Of a DNA stretch of 36,971 nt, positions 1-11,480 are shown one piece after another. The notes beneath the pieces were generated by a model. That model did not search any database. It was not told where the DNA came from and worked only from the letters and a program-made list of their open reading frames with translations. Source of the stretch: Octopus bimaculoides (lineage: Eukaryota). The DNA lies in NCBI RefSeq assembly GCF_001194135.2, contig NC_068985.1, positions 37,678,049 to 37,715,019 on the forward strand. Direction: 5' to 3'. Both the position numbers and the translations under genes were made by a program. Each line of letters opens with the position of its first letter. Positions within the stretch are counted from its first letter, which is position 1.

Positions 1-23
1 TATATATATATATATATATATAT
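1..23. repeat. (TA)n microsatellite at window/scaffold start
   Basis: Pure TA dinucleotide run from base 1. Confidence 0.95.
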
Positions 24-300
24 CATCTGTCTATGTGTCTGTCTCTCTGAGAGACTGTGTGTCTGTCTGTTGTCTGTCTATCTGTTTATTTCTCTTTCTC
101 ATTCCATATAACCCCAGGGAAATTTTAACAAAAGTATCAGTTACAACTTTTTACTACTTCTTTTATTTCTTTCTCTCTCCGTCCTTCTCTTACTTTTTTA
201 TCATTCTCTTCCTCTTCCACTTCCCAACTCTCATTGTCTTTCTCTTTCTCTCTATCTGTCTACAGCAAGCATCATCTACGGCAGCTGACACAGTAACTGT

Positions 301-348
301 ATCATCAACATCAACATCATCATCATCACCACCACCACCACCACCACC
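301..348. repeat. Compound (ATC)n-(ACC)n microsatellite
   Basis: atcatcaacatc...catcatc grading into accaccacc, directly before a family B SINE. Confidence 0.9.
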
Positions 349-562
349 GCGAGCCGGCAGAATCGTTAGCACGTCGGACAAAATGCTTAGCGGCATTTCG
401 TGCGTCTTTACGATCTGAGTTCAAATTATGCCAAAGTCGACTTTGCCTATCATTCTTTCGGGGTCGATAAGAGAAATACCTTTTGAAGACTGGGGTCGAT
501 GTAATTGACTTACTCCCCTCCACCAAAATTGCGGTCTTGTGACAATATTTGAAATCATTATT
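348..562 (+). mobile_element. tRNA-derived SINE, family B
   Basis: gagccggcagaatcgttagcacg head with B-box-like GAGTTCAAAT, gtcgactttgcc body and ggggtcgatgtaattgactt; aligns by eye with the copies at 1660, 10671, 30828 and 32511. Confidence 0.85.
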
Positions 563-614
563 ATTGGAGAGTGTGATACGGTAATACAGATATTGCATGT
601 GCGTGTGTGCGTTT

Positions 615-616
<2 letters not shown>

Positions 617-651
<35 letters not shown>

Positions 652-676
652 TGTGTGAGAGAAAGAAAGAGAGAGT

Positions 677-717
<41 letters not shown>

Positions 718-718
718 G
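617..718. repeat. (GA)n microsatellite
   Basis: Interrupted GA run; source of the ERERER/SLSLSL ORFs. Confidence 0.95.
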
Positions 719-1659
719 GAGTTTGTGTGTGGGTGTGTGTCTGTGCACGCGTGTGTTTTTTTACTGCAAGTCTTATCTGCTGCTCATTTCACGATATTCT
801 GCTTAATTGGCAATTTTAGCATTAGGATGTTTTGTTACATTATCTTCACTAACTACTTTCATTTCTTTCTTTCATAATCTACTTTTCTTTGTTTTTCTTG
901 TAATCTATAACCGAAATACTTTTCGAAATTAAATCTACTAAGTAATTTACGCATTATTTCTGCCATAAATTTCTTTTCACTAAGCTAACTTAAGATTAAA
1001 CATTTTACATAATATTTCGATATTCTCCTCATAATTATGATGCATTCTGACTTTCCTTACTTTGCTTCTAAATACGACCCTAATTTAAATTACACCTAGC
1101 TTAAAAACTTAACAATTTGGTATCCGATAATTTATATTAAATTTCTACAGACGTTATTTTCAATAAGAAAGACATTTAATTCTGTCCTTGTTCGGCTGGC
1201 TTTATTTTTTCACACTCGTCCTCGCATAATCTACCGCCTTACTCTATATTCCATCTCCCACCACTATTTAATGGCTATTTCAACCATATTTTTTGTGAAA
1301 AATCGTGGTAACTTAAATAACTCGACGTCTTCAGTTCCTACATATACCTAGATATGTATATATACATTATGAATCTATGTGCATGTGCACAAGTGTGCGC
1401 GTAAAGGCCTCTCTTGGAACCTTCCCAACGTTGGATCCGAAACTCACAGTGGATTGTGAAACTGTATGCCAGCATTCATGAGTATGTATTTTCATGTATG
1501 CACATTTATATGGATGTATATATTGACGTGTTCATATCCATATATATGTAAGCGTTTAGTCATGTCCATATACACTTGGATATATGTGAGAGTGTCTATA
1601 TACGGGATATGATTTCGACTCTAACTTGGTGTCTTTAATATTAAATATTAAAATACCTT

Positions 1660-1872
1660 AACGCGGTGAGCTGGCAGAATCGTTAGCACGCCGGGCAAAA
1701 TGCTTAGCATTTCGTCCATCTTTACATTCTGAATTCAAATTCTGCCGAGGTCGACTTTGCCTTTCATTCTTTCTGGGATCATTAAGAGAAGTACCAGTTG
1801 AACGTTGGGGTCGATGTTAATCGACTTACTCCCTTCCCTGAACTTGCTGTCCTTGTGTCAAAATTTGAAACC
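1660..1872 (+). mobile_element. tRNA-derived SINE, family B, with 16-bp target-site duplication
   Basis: A-box-like TGGCAGAATCG and B-box-like GAATTCAAATTC. AATATTAAAATACCTT occurs at 1644-1659 and 1873-1888, flanking the element. Confidence 0.9.
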
Positions 1873-1921
1873 AATATTAAAATACCTTGATTCAGATGAA
1901 TCCTACAAATAATTATATATA

Positions 1922-2080
1922 GGCGCAGAAGTGGCTGTGTGGTAAATAGCTTGGTTCCCAACCACATGGTTCCAGATTCAGTCCCACTGCGTGGCACCTT
2001 GATCAAGTGTCTTCTACTGTAGCCTCGGGCCGATCAAAGCCTTGTGAATGGATTTGGTAGACGGAAGATGAAAGAAGCCA
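1922..2080 (+). mobile_element. tRNA-derived SINE, family A (CORE-like), 5' half only
   Basis: ggcgcagaagtggctgtgtggtaa head, ttcagtcccactgcgtggcaccttgatcaagtgtctt core-like segment, ends at gaaagaagcc; near-identical to the 8772 copy. Confidence 0.9.
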
Positions 2081-2332
2081 TTCGATTGATTTGTTCAGAT
2101 ATTCCAAATTGACGGTCAGACTCCGGATAATTTAATTTTCACGATTTTATGTGAAAACTAACTTATAAACAAATGAAAATTTATGTTTGAGCCAATGTGA
2201 GAGAAAATTTGTTTGAGTCAAAGTGAACGCTAGACATAGCAACTGAATATTTCTTGAATTTTCTTTTCTTTTCTTAGAAAAAGGAGTGATTGGAAAATTT
2301 GTTCCTGGCTGCACAATATCTGGGAAAATGGC

Positions 2333-2370
2333 GGGATGGTCACAGGTGGAGTGTCTTTGGTCATATATCC
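2333..2370 (-). repeat. Short fragment of a dispersed repeat (family F)
   Basis: gggatggtcac...tctttggtcatat resembles 14037-14075. Confidence 0.45.
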
Positions 2371-2457
2371 TTCGAATTTTCTGGCCTGGTGCCAAAATTT
2401 GATACCAATATCAATGTATGAAATATTGAAAAATTAGCTTCGGAAATGTGAAAAGAA

Positions 2458-2492
<35 letters not shown>

Positions 2493-2779
2493 ATATTGGA
2501 ATATACAGGAAAGAAAGAAAGAAAGAATGAAAACAGGTATGAAGGATTAACCTGATGCCGTATTGTCAAGGGAAATTACAAATTACAAAGCTCTGATGGC
2601 ATCTCTTTCTGTCCCTGTGGAAAGCGGATGTTGACTGGCCAGAACTTATTACACTGATTCTCTCTCCATATTTTGGAACATTAGTCAGTTTAGCGGAAGG
2701 AAATATAAGCAGTTAACCAGAAGCAGCAGGTGTACAACGAACTTGAAGGAAGTAAGTCTAAATGTCGTTGTTACTGTTA

Positions 2780-3420
2780 CTGTTGTTGATGGTGTTGTTG
2801 TTATTATTGTTTTGTTGTAGTTAGTGTTGCAGTTCTGATAACGATTGGTGATACGCTAAAACAAAAACAAAAAAAAGATTGCTAAACTTTCTGGTAGTGG
2901 CCGTAGCAATTATGAGAGATGGGAATTATGATGGTGGTGGCTAATGGTATTGGTGTTAGTGTTGTATGTGGTGGTGGTCGTCGTGTTGGTGGTGGAGATA
3001 GTAGTTGTTTTTGATAATGAGGGTTATGGCAGAGTGAATATGGTGGTTGTGGTGGTGTTAGTGGTAGTCATGCTACTGGTGGTGGTAGATGCGTATTGTG
3101 ATGGTTGTGGTGATGGTAGAGGTGGTAGTGGAGGTATTATTAAAGTTGGTGCGTCTACAGGTGGCAGTAGAGTTGTGACATTACTAGGTGTAGTTGTCAT
3201 TTGTAGCTATCGTGGTGATAGCGGTGGTGGTTATGGCAGTGGCAATGATGGAGGCTGTAATGGTGGTGGCGGCGGTGGCGGCGGCGGCGGTGGTGGTGGC
3301 GGCTTCGGTGGCGGCGGTGGTGTTGAACATGGTGGAGGTAGTGATTGTGATCGGAGTAGTAATATTAGTGGAAGCATATAATGCTGATGTTCTTGGTGAT
3401 AATGGTGATGCCATCATCGC
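2780..3420. repeat. GGT/GTG/GGC-rich trinucleotide mosaic (cryptic simple repeat)
   Basis: Degenerate triplets with a (GGC/GGT)n core at about 3262-3320; gives poly-G/V/T ORFs. Confidence 0.85.
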
Positions 3421-3645
3421 ATGAAAATATTGCCAAAGTGTCTAGTAATAACGGTAATGGATTCCTACGTGTTGGTCTACCGCCCTTTAGGGAATCCGTC
3501 TAAAAGAGCTGACGAATAAATAAATTAGAAGGACGTGGAAATATACCGACAAAGAGAAATACACACACACAAACACTCATTCACTCACACATACGTAAAC
3601 ATGCGCGCGCGCATACACATATATGATATATACATAATATATATA

Positions 3646-3672
3646 TATGTATATATTTATGTATAGATATAG

Positions 3673-3705
<33 letters not shown>

Positions 3706-3726
3706 TGTATGTATGTATGTATCTAT

Positions 3727-3762
<36 letters not shown>

Positions 3763-3801
3763 ATATATATATGTATACATACATATATCTATATCTATAC
3801 A
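3646..3801. repeat. Compound (TATG)n(TATC)n(TA)n microsatellite running into a gap
   Basis: Direct inspection; N gap at 3802-4223. Confidence 0.95.
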
Positions 3802-4399
3802 NNNNNNNNNNNNNNNNNNNNNNNNNNNNNNNNNNNNNNNNNNNNNNNNNNNNNNNNNNNNNNNNNNNNNNNNNNNNNNNNNNNNNNNNNNNNNNNNNNN
3901 NNNNNNNNNNNNNNNNNNNNNNNNNNNNNNNNNNNNNNNNNNNNNNNNNNNNNNNNNNNNNNNNNNNNNNNNNNNNNNNNNNNNNNNNNNNNNNNNNNNN
4001 NNNNNNNNNNNNNNNNNNNNNNNNNNNNNNNNNNNNNNNNNNNNNNNNNNNNNNNNNNNNNNNNNNNNNNNNNNNNNNNNNNNNNNNNNNNNNNNNNNNN
4101 NNNNNNNNNNNNNNNNNNNNNNNNNNNNNNNNNNNNNNNNNNNNNNNNNNNNNNNNNNNNNNNNNNNNNNNNNNNNNNNNNNNNNNNNNNNNNNNNNNNN
4201 NNNNNNNNNNNNNNNNNNNNNNNTACACAGGATAGCTAGGAAGAAGGGGAAATAATAAAGTAGTAGTGATCCCAAAACGAAGGTGCGTTTGCGTTTGTAT
4301 AAGAGAGTATGTATGTGCGTGTGGAAAAGGGCTGGTGACCTTGACGTGTGCGTGTGTGCATGTGTTAGGGTGTGGATGATGGTGTGGGTGCTGGGAAGT

Positions 4400-4585
4400 G
4401 GTCAGTGCTAGTGTGTGTGGTGGTGTGATGTGATGTGGTTTTGTGTGATATGGTGTGTGTGGTGTGGTGGAGTGGTGGGATGTGGAGGAGGTGAAAGCAA
4501 GGGTGGGGTGTGGGTTAGGCTGATGGTGGGGATAGAGGTGGGGTGTGTGGAATGGGATAGATAAGGAAGGTGGGGTTGGATTGTG
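4400..4585. repeat. G/T-rich degenerate low-complexity tract
   Basis: GTG, GTGTG and GGGGT units with almost no C on the + strand. Confidence 0.75.
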
Positions 4586-5173
4586 TAGGAGTCAGCCAAG
4601 CGGCATCCCGTTTGCCCGATGTATAGAGAAGGGTTCCTTGCTTTAAGGGTATCGCAAAAGGTTTGGCTGGAAGCCCGACTTTCTGAGCTCTTTTACAGGG
4701 CTTAGAAAAGTTGAAGGACTGCTGCAATGTGTGAATCTGAAAAGAGAATGTGTTGGATAAAGTAATAATTAACTGATCCTCCTGTATTTTTTTTTTTTAC
4801 CAAAACCCAGGAAGTTTTCAACACCCTTTCGTATATGATTTAACTAGACTATTGTCTATGAAAATTACGTAGCTAAAATCCACAAAGTTTCTAAAAACCT
4901 GGTGCATTAGATTCTGCTGATGTTCCACAAACATCACTTATCCATAACAGCCCAAAACCTCAAACGTGGTACAAATGCCTGTTTAGATAGGCATTTTATC
5001 TTTTATGGACCAGTCAGCTAAGCTATTGTTAAAACGGCATGCTAAATGCACAGCTTCGTCTATGGAGCCAATAAAGTAACTTCAGGTTTGGCAAATTGCT
5101 GAACTTTCACAAAACACAAATGTCCTCTACATTATAGTACCGCTAACATATACGGAACAGTAAAATTGTGACA

Positions 5174-5548
5174 TCTCTCTCTTTCTCTTGGCTTGGCTTC
5201 GCGAATGAAGATTAAGAAGGGGCTGGTTCACATTGACTGCAGGCAAGCTCGTGGCTGACGAAGCCGATGCAGGACAGGCAGACACGGCTGCAGTGGATAC
5301 AGTTGAAGGTCTGGTCAGGATTTAATGACGCGGTGTTTCAGATCTTCCTCTTACGACATTTGTTCTTGAGAGTGACCCTGCAGGTAATTTCGAAGGAGGA
5401 TACTGCATAGTTGATGGTGAGATGCCAGGCACCATGGTTCTCATCTAAGTTGGACCTCTGGCACTGGTCGACGTGACAGGCACCAGGGACTTTTTTCAAA
5501 CAGTCTTTGTATCGCTTCTTTGGTGCCCCTCTATTGTGATGGCTGGTT
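5174..5548 (-). mobile_element. RTE (BovB-like) LINE, 5'-truncated 3' end, decayed
   Basis: Minus-strand translation gives RGAPKKRYKDCLKK, then PDQTFNCIHCSRVCLSCIGFVSHELAC (C-terminal zinc-finger-like motif typical of RTE ORFs), then a stop and a gccaagccaag/(GA)n tail. Confidence 0.8.
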
Positions 5549-5745
5549 TATAAGAAAATCGATTAAGATAATTGGTGAACTATTCAATCAGTCCTACCCT
5601 AACCACTCACCTCCAGATGCTCTTGTCTCTTCCGCCACTACTACAAAGAGCAGGCTGCTAATCATCTCCAACAAAGCTCATCATATGCAAATCTTCTCCA
5701 CTCATCATCCCTACTTGGTTGTTATCCCCAAATACAGAACTATGC
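5549..5745 (+). mobile_element. CR1/Jockey-type LINE ORF2 C-terminal fragment, decayed
   Basis: Frameshifted peptides RKSIKIIGE, CLFRHYY and STHHPYLVVIPKYRT resemble the post-RT region of CR1/Jockey-like elements (from memory, not searched). Confidence 0.45.
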
Positions 5746-6447
5746 AATCTTTTAAAATTCAATACCTGTTGACGCCTCTCCTACAGCGATCGACCTCACA
5801 AAAATTAAGGTAAACTAAATGTAATTTACAGAACTATACTGAGTATAGACCGGCAATATTCTTAGGAATCTCTGTTCCTTGTTTTATTAGACAATGATAA
5901 AGAATTGATTAAAATGGCTTCATCTGGGTTTGAAACAGCGTTCTCTGATCAGACTGCTAGAAATTGAACTCAATAATCTAAAAGAATGTATAAGTAAGTT
6001 CCACGTATTTATATACTATGTATGCGTATTATTGCGTTTTATCTCATTCGTTTCTCTTTTCGTTTACCTCGACTGATTTTTTTCTAAATTCTCACGCCTA
6101 CTATACTTTATGTAACCTGACTTTTAATGTCTTCTGTATCTGAAGCACCTGAGATAAAGAAGATCTTATATATATACACATACACACATCTATATATACA
6201 TATATATATGTATANNNNNNNNNNNNNNNNNNNNNNNNNNNNNNNNNNNNNNNNNNNNNNNNNNNNNNNNNNNNNNNNNNNNNNNNNNNNNNNNNNNNNN
6301 NNNNNNNNNNNNNNNNNNNNNNNNNNNNNNNNNNNNNNNNNNNNNNNNNNNNNNNNNNNNNNNNNNNNNNNNNNNNNNNNNNNNNNNNNNNNNNNNNNNN
6401 NNNNNNNNNNNNNNNNNNNNNNNNNNNNNNNNNNNNNTGTGTTTGTG

Positions 6448-6491
<44 letters not shown>

Positions 6492-6551
6492 CACAGACAT
6501 ACGTACACACACATTCTTCGAGGGCTTGTAACATATTTCACTCACAGACAT

Positions 6552-6640
6552 TTTGTCGACCCGAGGCTATGACCGAGAACACATAGCCACGGCACTGTGA
6601 GATCGAAACAAGGACTACGAAATTGCAAAACAAGCTTGTC
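6552..6640 (-). mobile_element. Highly degenerate family A SINE head
   Basis: gtcgacccgaggctat...gagatcgaa...aagctt resembles the minus-strand family A copies at 12130-12225 and 22860-22950. Confidence 0.4.
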
Positions 6641-7079
6641 GACTAAATATACATACCCACAGAAAACCTTTAAAATGTTTTAACATGTATAATAATCTAC
6701 CAAACTTCAACATTTTGTTTTCAAATTGCAAATCATATTGAAGCAATAACTCAAACGCTTCCATTTTCACAGGAAGTTATCATCAGTCGTGATGTTTCTA
6801 GGCAATATTACATCCGGATGGTTTCCTTGGCTTCAGTAGTTGTGACAAGATTGTCTCTATTTTTGGATGATTGCTGATTCATCCAATATGCGGACGATAT
6901 AAATTTGTTTGGCTAATTGTATCTAAAACTAAGATCTATTAATCTTTTCACACTGAAATTACTTTCTAGTCAGATACATATTCGACAGAAAACATGTCTG
7001 ACCCATTCTTTCAATGTGAAATTGAATATACAGAAATATATATTTAATCACATATTGAAAAATATGTGATTTCCAGAAA

Positions 7080-7622
7080 CAATAAACACATACAAACATA
7101 TACACATAAATACATACATATCTGTGTGCATGTGTGTTTGCATGTATGTAAATATGTATATATAAGTATATACAAACATACATACATAAGCATATGTGTG
7201 TGTGTATCACGTATGTGTGTGTATCACGTATAATCATAAACACAAAAATACATATATTTATAAATAAATTGTCCTTCTTCCTCTCATCATCTATCAAGCT
7301 CTATAGGTGTGTATGCATGTATGTATGTATGTATGTATGTATGTATATATGTATTTATCTATCTCTCTATCTATCTACCTATCTATCCCTTTCTCACATG
7401 TACGCACACGCTCACATAATGATACATACACACTCACTTATATGCCGCTTGGCTATACTAGACACGCACATTACACATTTCTCTACTATTAATTCTATGC
7501 ATACAGACATGCATTCATGCATATATACACAAACATACATACATACATATATGTATATATTTATATATTTGTGTATGTATATTTGCGTATATATATGTGT
7601 ATATCTATATATCTATGTATCG

Positions 7623-7680
<58 letters not shown>

Positions 7681-7733
7681 GTGTGTATACATACAGACAT
7701 ATATATATATATATATTCACATGCACACTCACA

Positions 7734-7769
<36 letters not shown>

Positions 7770-7775
7770 TAAACG
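7080..7775. repeat. Compound microsatellite field (CATA, TATG, TATC, TA, TG, CA)
   Basis: Direct inspection. Confidence 0.9.
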
Positions 7776-8771
7776 TATAAGCATATCTACCCGTGTGCTA
7801 GCATATGTGCGCGTGCACATATGTTTGTGTTTGTTTCTCCGAGTGTATGTGTCGATCTGCTTGCCTAGAATGGTTGGAAAGGATATTAACAAACCAAAAA
7901 TCCCTCGGAGTATATCCCATTTCGTTCCACTTATATTCTAAAGAAGAACATCCCCAATATAAGCTCGGGCCTTAAGAAAGTCCGTTCCTCTGGCATTATA
8001 TCAAATATAGCTGGGTCGTCGCAATAAGAATTCAGTTAGTAAACCTATGGCATTTTAACGCCGTCTAAATATCTGTCAATAAATTGCTTCCACTATCGTA
8101 ATAATCTTTTGATTTTGCTGTCAAATTCAAGAATAATTTGGTAAATTTCCCGACAATCTAACAACATTAAAACGAATGCTAGTAATAATTTCATGCCTGT
8201 CCTAGCAGAGTGCTTAATGTAAGTGACAGCTTTATTAATTATTTCCTGGATAAATGCTATTCTATTATGTAATATATTGCTTATCTTTGTTAAATCTAAC
8301 AGTTATTTGCTCAAACCGCCGACTTTGTGCGCCATATTTGATTTATGCACTGCATATTTCCACAGGTTGTTCAAAACGGAGAATGGTAACGTGCACACTT
8401 ACTTACACACACATACACCGATATATATACTGTATATATATATATATATTATCACGCATTGTATTTTGTTACAGTGTTTTAAAAATATCTTGTCGAATAT
8501 TTTGTTTTCAAGCTAAAATTTTGCATTTAAGATTGAAGGTTATTAGCTGACAAGCTCATTATCTTTCGTTCTTCAACTTTCTTAAATATATTTATGTTCG
8601 GCTCCTCCTGCCTTTCTTTTCAATAATCAAACGATGTAGTGGCAGTGGAATTGGAAGAATTGATGCAATACCGACCAAAATAGATTGTGGTGTTTAGTTA
8701 CGTCCCTTTCATTCTTAGATCAAATCTTGTTGATGTCGACTTCAAAGTTTTGTTTACTTTTCCTTTTCATA

Positions 8772-9069
8772 GGCGTAGGAGTGGCTGTGTGGTAAGTAGC
8801 TTGCTTACCAACCAAATGGTTCCGGGTTCAGTCCCACTGCGTGGAACCTTGGGCAAGTGTCTTCTACTATAGCCTCGGACCGACCAAAGCCTTGTGAGTG
8901 GATTTGGTAGACGGAAACTGAAAGAAGCCCGTCGTATATATGTGTATATATATATANNNNNNNNNNNNNNNNNNNNNNNNNNNNNNNNNNNNNNNNNNNN
9001 NNNNNNNNNNNNNNNNNNNNNNNNNNNNNNNNNNNNNNNNNNNNNNNNNNNNNNNNNNNNNNNNNNNNN

Positions 9070-9101
<32 letters not shown>

Positions 9102-9328
9102 GTGTGTGTGTATATGTTTGTGTGTCTGTGTTTGTCCCCCTAGCATTGCTTGACAACCGATGCTGGTGTGTTTATGTCTCCGTCATGTAGCGGTTCGGCA
9201 AAAAGAGCCCTATAGAATAAGTACTAGGCTTCCAAAGAATAAGTCCTGGGGTCGATTTGCTCGACTACTGGTGGTGCTCCAGCATGGCCACAGCCAAATG
9301 ACTGAAACAAGTAAAAGAGTAAAAGAGT
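8772..9328 (+). mobile_element. Family A SINE, full bipartite copy with internal microsatellite and gap
   Basis: ggcgtaggagtggctgtgtgg head with A-box and B-box-like GGTTCAGTCCC; core; internal (TA)/(TATG)/(TG) containing gap 8957-9069; 3' half tttgtcccc...agcatggccacagccaaatgactgaaacaagtaaaagag. Confidence 0.9.
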
Positions 9329-9408
9329 ATATCGATAAACATAATTCATTTCAGTATAAATTAATAGAAAAATGCAGAAAACAAAATTGGTGGTATGTTT
9401 AGCATTGT

Positions 9409-9461
9409 TGTTTAGCCCAAGGTCAGATCTGATTGAGCAAACCAATGATTATAAATGTTCC
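9409..9461 (+). repeat. Dispersed repeat fragment (family F)
   Basis: tgtttagcccaaggtcagatctgattgagc...aatgttcc is similar to the reverse complement of 14053-14109. Confidence 0.5.
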
Positions 9462-9879
9462 AAAGGTTCTCATCTTTCTTTCCGATTTTACATATCAAAA
9501 ACTACATTCCTATAACTTATTCCACCCTTTTTAAAAAAGCTAGGATGTCATTTGAAGGACATTTGGCACGATCACACACAGACATTCATACATACATACA
9601 CACATATTTTTGCCTACGTTGTGGACCGTAAAATTGCATGACAGAGTACATCTGTATGTGATTTCACATATACATGTTTATGTATATCGATGAATATATT
9701 GATATGTTCGTGTGCATGTTTATGCAAGTGGTTGGACAACAAATGAAGGGTCCTTTCTTTGTCTACTTGTCCTGTTTTCCATTTTTTTTCTTGTTGTTTA
9801 CGTATTTCACTCGTTTTTCCCTCGTTTGCTTACGTACTTCATGGCATTTGCACCGTTGGTGACGTCCTGTAACCATACA

Positions 9880-9951
<72 letters not shown>

Positions 9952-10193
9952 TATGTTTGTGTATGCAGTTGTGCATGAGTGTGCTTGTGTGTGTATGTTA
10001 GTTTGTGAGTGTGTTTACGTATATTTTATGAAATTAATTTTGACTGGGACTTCAGAAATCGTTTGACGGTTCACTCAAATTGTCCATATGAATAAACTGC
10101 CTGACACCTGTGTATTTGTGCATCCACTAAAGACATGCAAATATAAAAAGTCAAATTTGCATTAAAACTGAATTTTATTTATCAACTGTATGC

Positions 10194-10231
<38 letters not shown>

Positions 10232-10237
<6 letters not shown>

Positions 10238-10390
10238 GACGTGCTTCTTTCACTTTCTGTCTACTAAATCTATTCAGAAGCCTTTGATCAGCCCTAGACC
10301 ACAGTAGAAGACATTTGCCCAAGGTACCATGCAGTGGGACTGAACTCAGAAACATGTTATTTGGGCGCAAACTTCTTATCACACACCCAC
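10232..10390 (-). mobile_element. Family A SINE, 5' half, diverged
   Basis: Reverse complement of the head/core (gtagaagacatttgcccaagg...gcagtgggactgaac); ends in (TA)n at 10199-10233. Confidence 0.8.
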
Positions 10391-10670
10391 GAAATATTTA
10401 ATACCCAACACCTGTTGTATATGAGACAATCTTAATGTTTAGAATTGTATTAAAGAAAAACGGATGTTTATACAATTTACAGCAAGAGCTATTAGGATTA
10501 ACGTTTTCCAGCTGCTACCGTGACCAACTAATTACATGATGGTCGTTCAAACCGTTAGAATTGTTTGTCAAACCTTCGCTTAATCCTTTCGGTACTCCCC
10601 AAAGACCACCTCTGGTTCTGTGATACAAACTGTCCATTTTAAAGTGTGTTCAATATTTCAATTCATATTG

Positions 10671-10899
10671 AGGCGACGAGTTGGCATATTTGTTAGCACG
10701 CCGGACAAAACACTTAATTAACATCGTTTCTTCCGGTTTTACGTTCTGAGGTTAAAAGCTGCCGAGACTGACTTTTCTTTTCATCCTTTCGGTGTCGATA
10801 AAATAAGTATCTGTTGAACACTGACGTCCATGTAATCGACTTACTCCTCCTCTAAAAAAAAAAAAACAGTTTGCTAGCCGAGTGTCAATATTTGAAACC
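10671..10899 (+). mobile_element. Family B SINE
   Basis: aggcgacgagttggc...gttagcacgccgga...cctttcggtgtcgataaaataagta...tttgaaacc. Confidence 0.85.
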
Positions 10900-10930
10900 T
10901 GTAATTAAATTATCTTGAAAATACAAGCTA

Positions 10931-11092
10931 ATATTGGTTTCAAATTTTGGTACATGACCAGCAAGTTCGGGCAAATTCGATTATATTGACTCCAGTGACC
11001 AATCGGTACTTATTTTATCGGCCCCGGTAGGATAAAAGACAAAGTCGACCAACGTGGAATTTGAACTCAGAACTTGCAGATAGATGAAATGC
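10931..11092 (-). mobile_element. Family B SINE, 5'-truncated or diverged
   Basis: ggtttcaaatttt...acttattttatcg...aaagtcgac...ggaatttgaactcagaac is the reverse complement of the family B body. Confidence 0.8.
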
Positions 11093-11329
11093 AGTTAATA
11101 TTTTATGTTATTTTACTTATTTTACCTCAAATCATTAAATTCAAAATTAATAACAGCATATGAGCAGCGTATTGCCTTACAAATATGGTCACAAACAGGG
11201 TTAAAAATAATACACATTTCCGCCTTTAATAAAAATATGTGGTTAAGTCTATTTGGTCAGGGCTAAACAACAGCATCAATAATCTCAGTGTATGGGTCCT
11301 GATCTGTGCACAAATTGAGCCTCACTAAT

Positions 11330-11480
11330 CCTGAATGCATTAATCCACCAGCGTGGATAATTCAGGACGATGATTTGAATCTAGGAGTCATTAGTTTGTA
11401 TAAGGGCCGCTTGAGATCTGAAGCAGATATGGAGCAGTTGTGAGGGCATGTCATGATAAGGTCGCGAATGGCGGCAAAAA
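11330..11480 (-). mobile_element. Possible decayed Gypsy gag-like fragment
   Basis: Across frameshifts: FAAIRDLIMT, TTAPY, AALIQ; reminiscent of the gag motif IRDLxxxPxxxPYxxLKAALI. Recognised from memory only. Confidence 0.25.

Larger units (their letters stand above)
10580..11204. mobile_element. piggyBac-like (TTAA) MITE interrupted by two family B SINEs
   Basis: Left end TTAATCCTTTCGGTAC and right end GGTCACAAACAGGGTTAA form imperfect inverted termini bounded by TTAA. The AT-rich body is split by SINEs at 10671-10899 and 10931-11092. Confidence 0.5.

Noticed and set aside
2278-2346. Apparent exon after a good pyrimidine tract, ending in GWSQ, echoing GWSR at about 14040 (suggesting a repeated protein domain)
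   Set aside because: The shared gggatggtcac comes from the same dispersed family F repeat, so the peptide echo is an artefact; the donor is weak.
2694-2751. Possible 58-nt exon (tttag|CGG...GAA|gtaagt)
   Set aside because: Only one open frame, no recognisable peptide and no linkable partner exon; such sites are common by chance.
6880-6912. QYADDINL, resembling a LINE RT YADD motif
   Set aside because: No flanking RT motifs (e.g. PQG) in frame and a stop lies just upstream; could be chance.
8366-8385. Possible 20-nt microexon (ccacag|GTTGTT...AATG|gtaacg)
   Set aside because: Too short to evaluate without transcript data.
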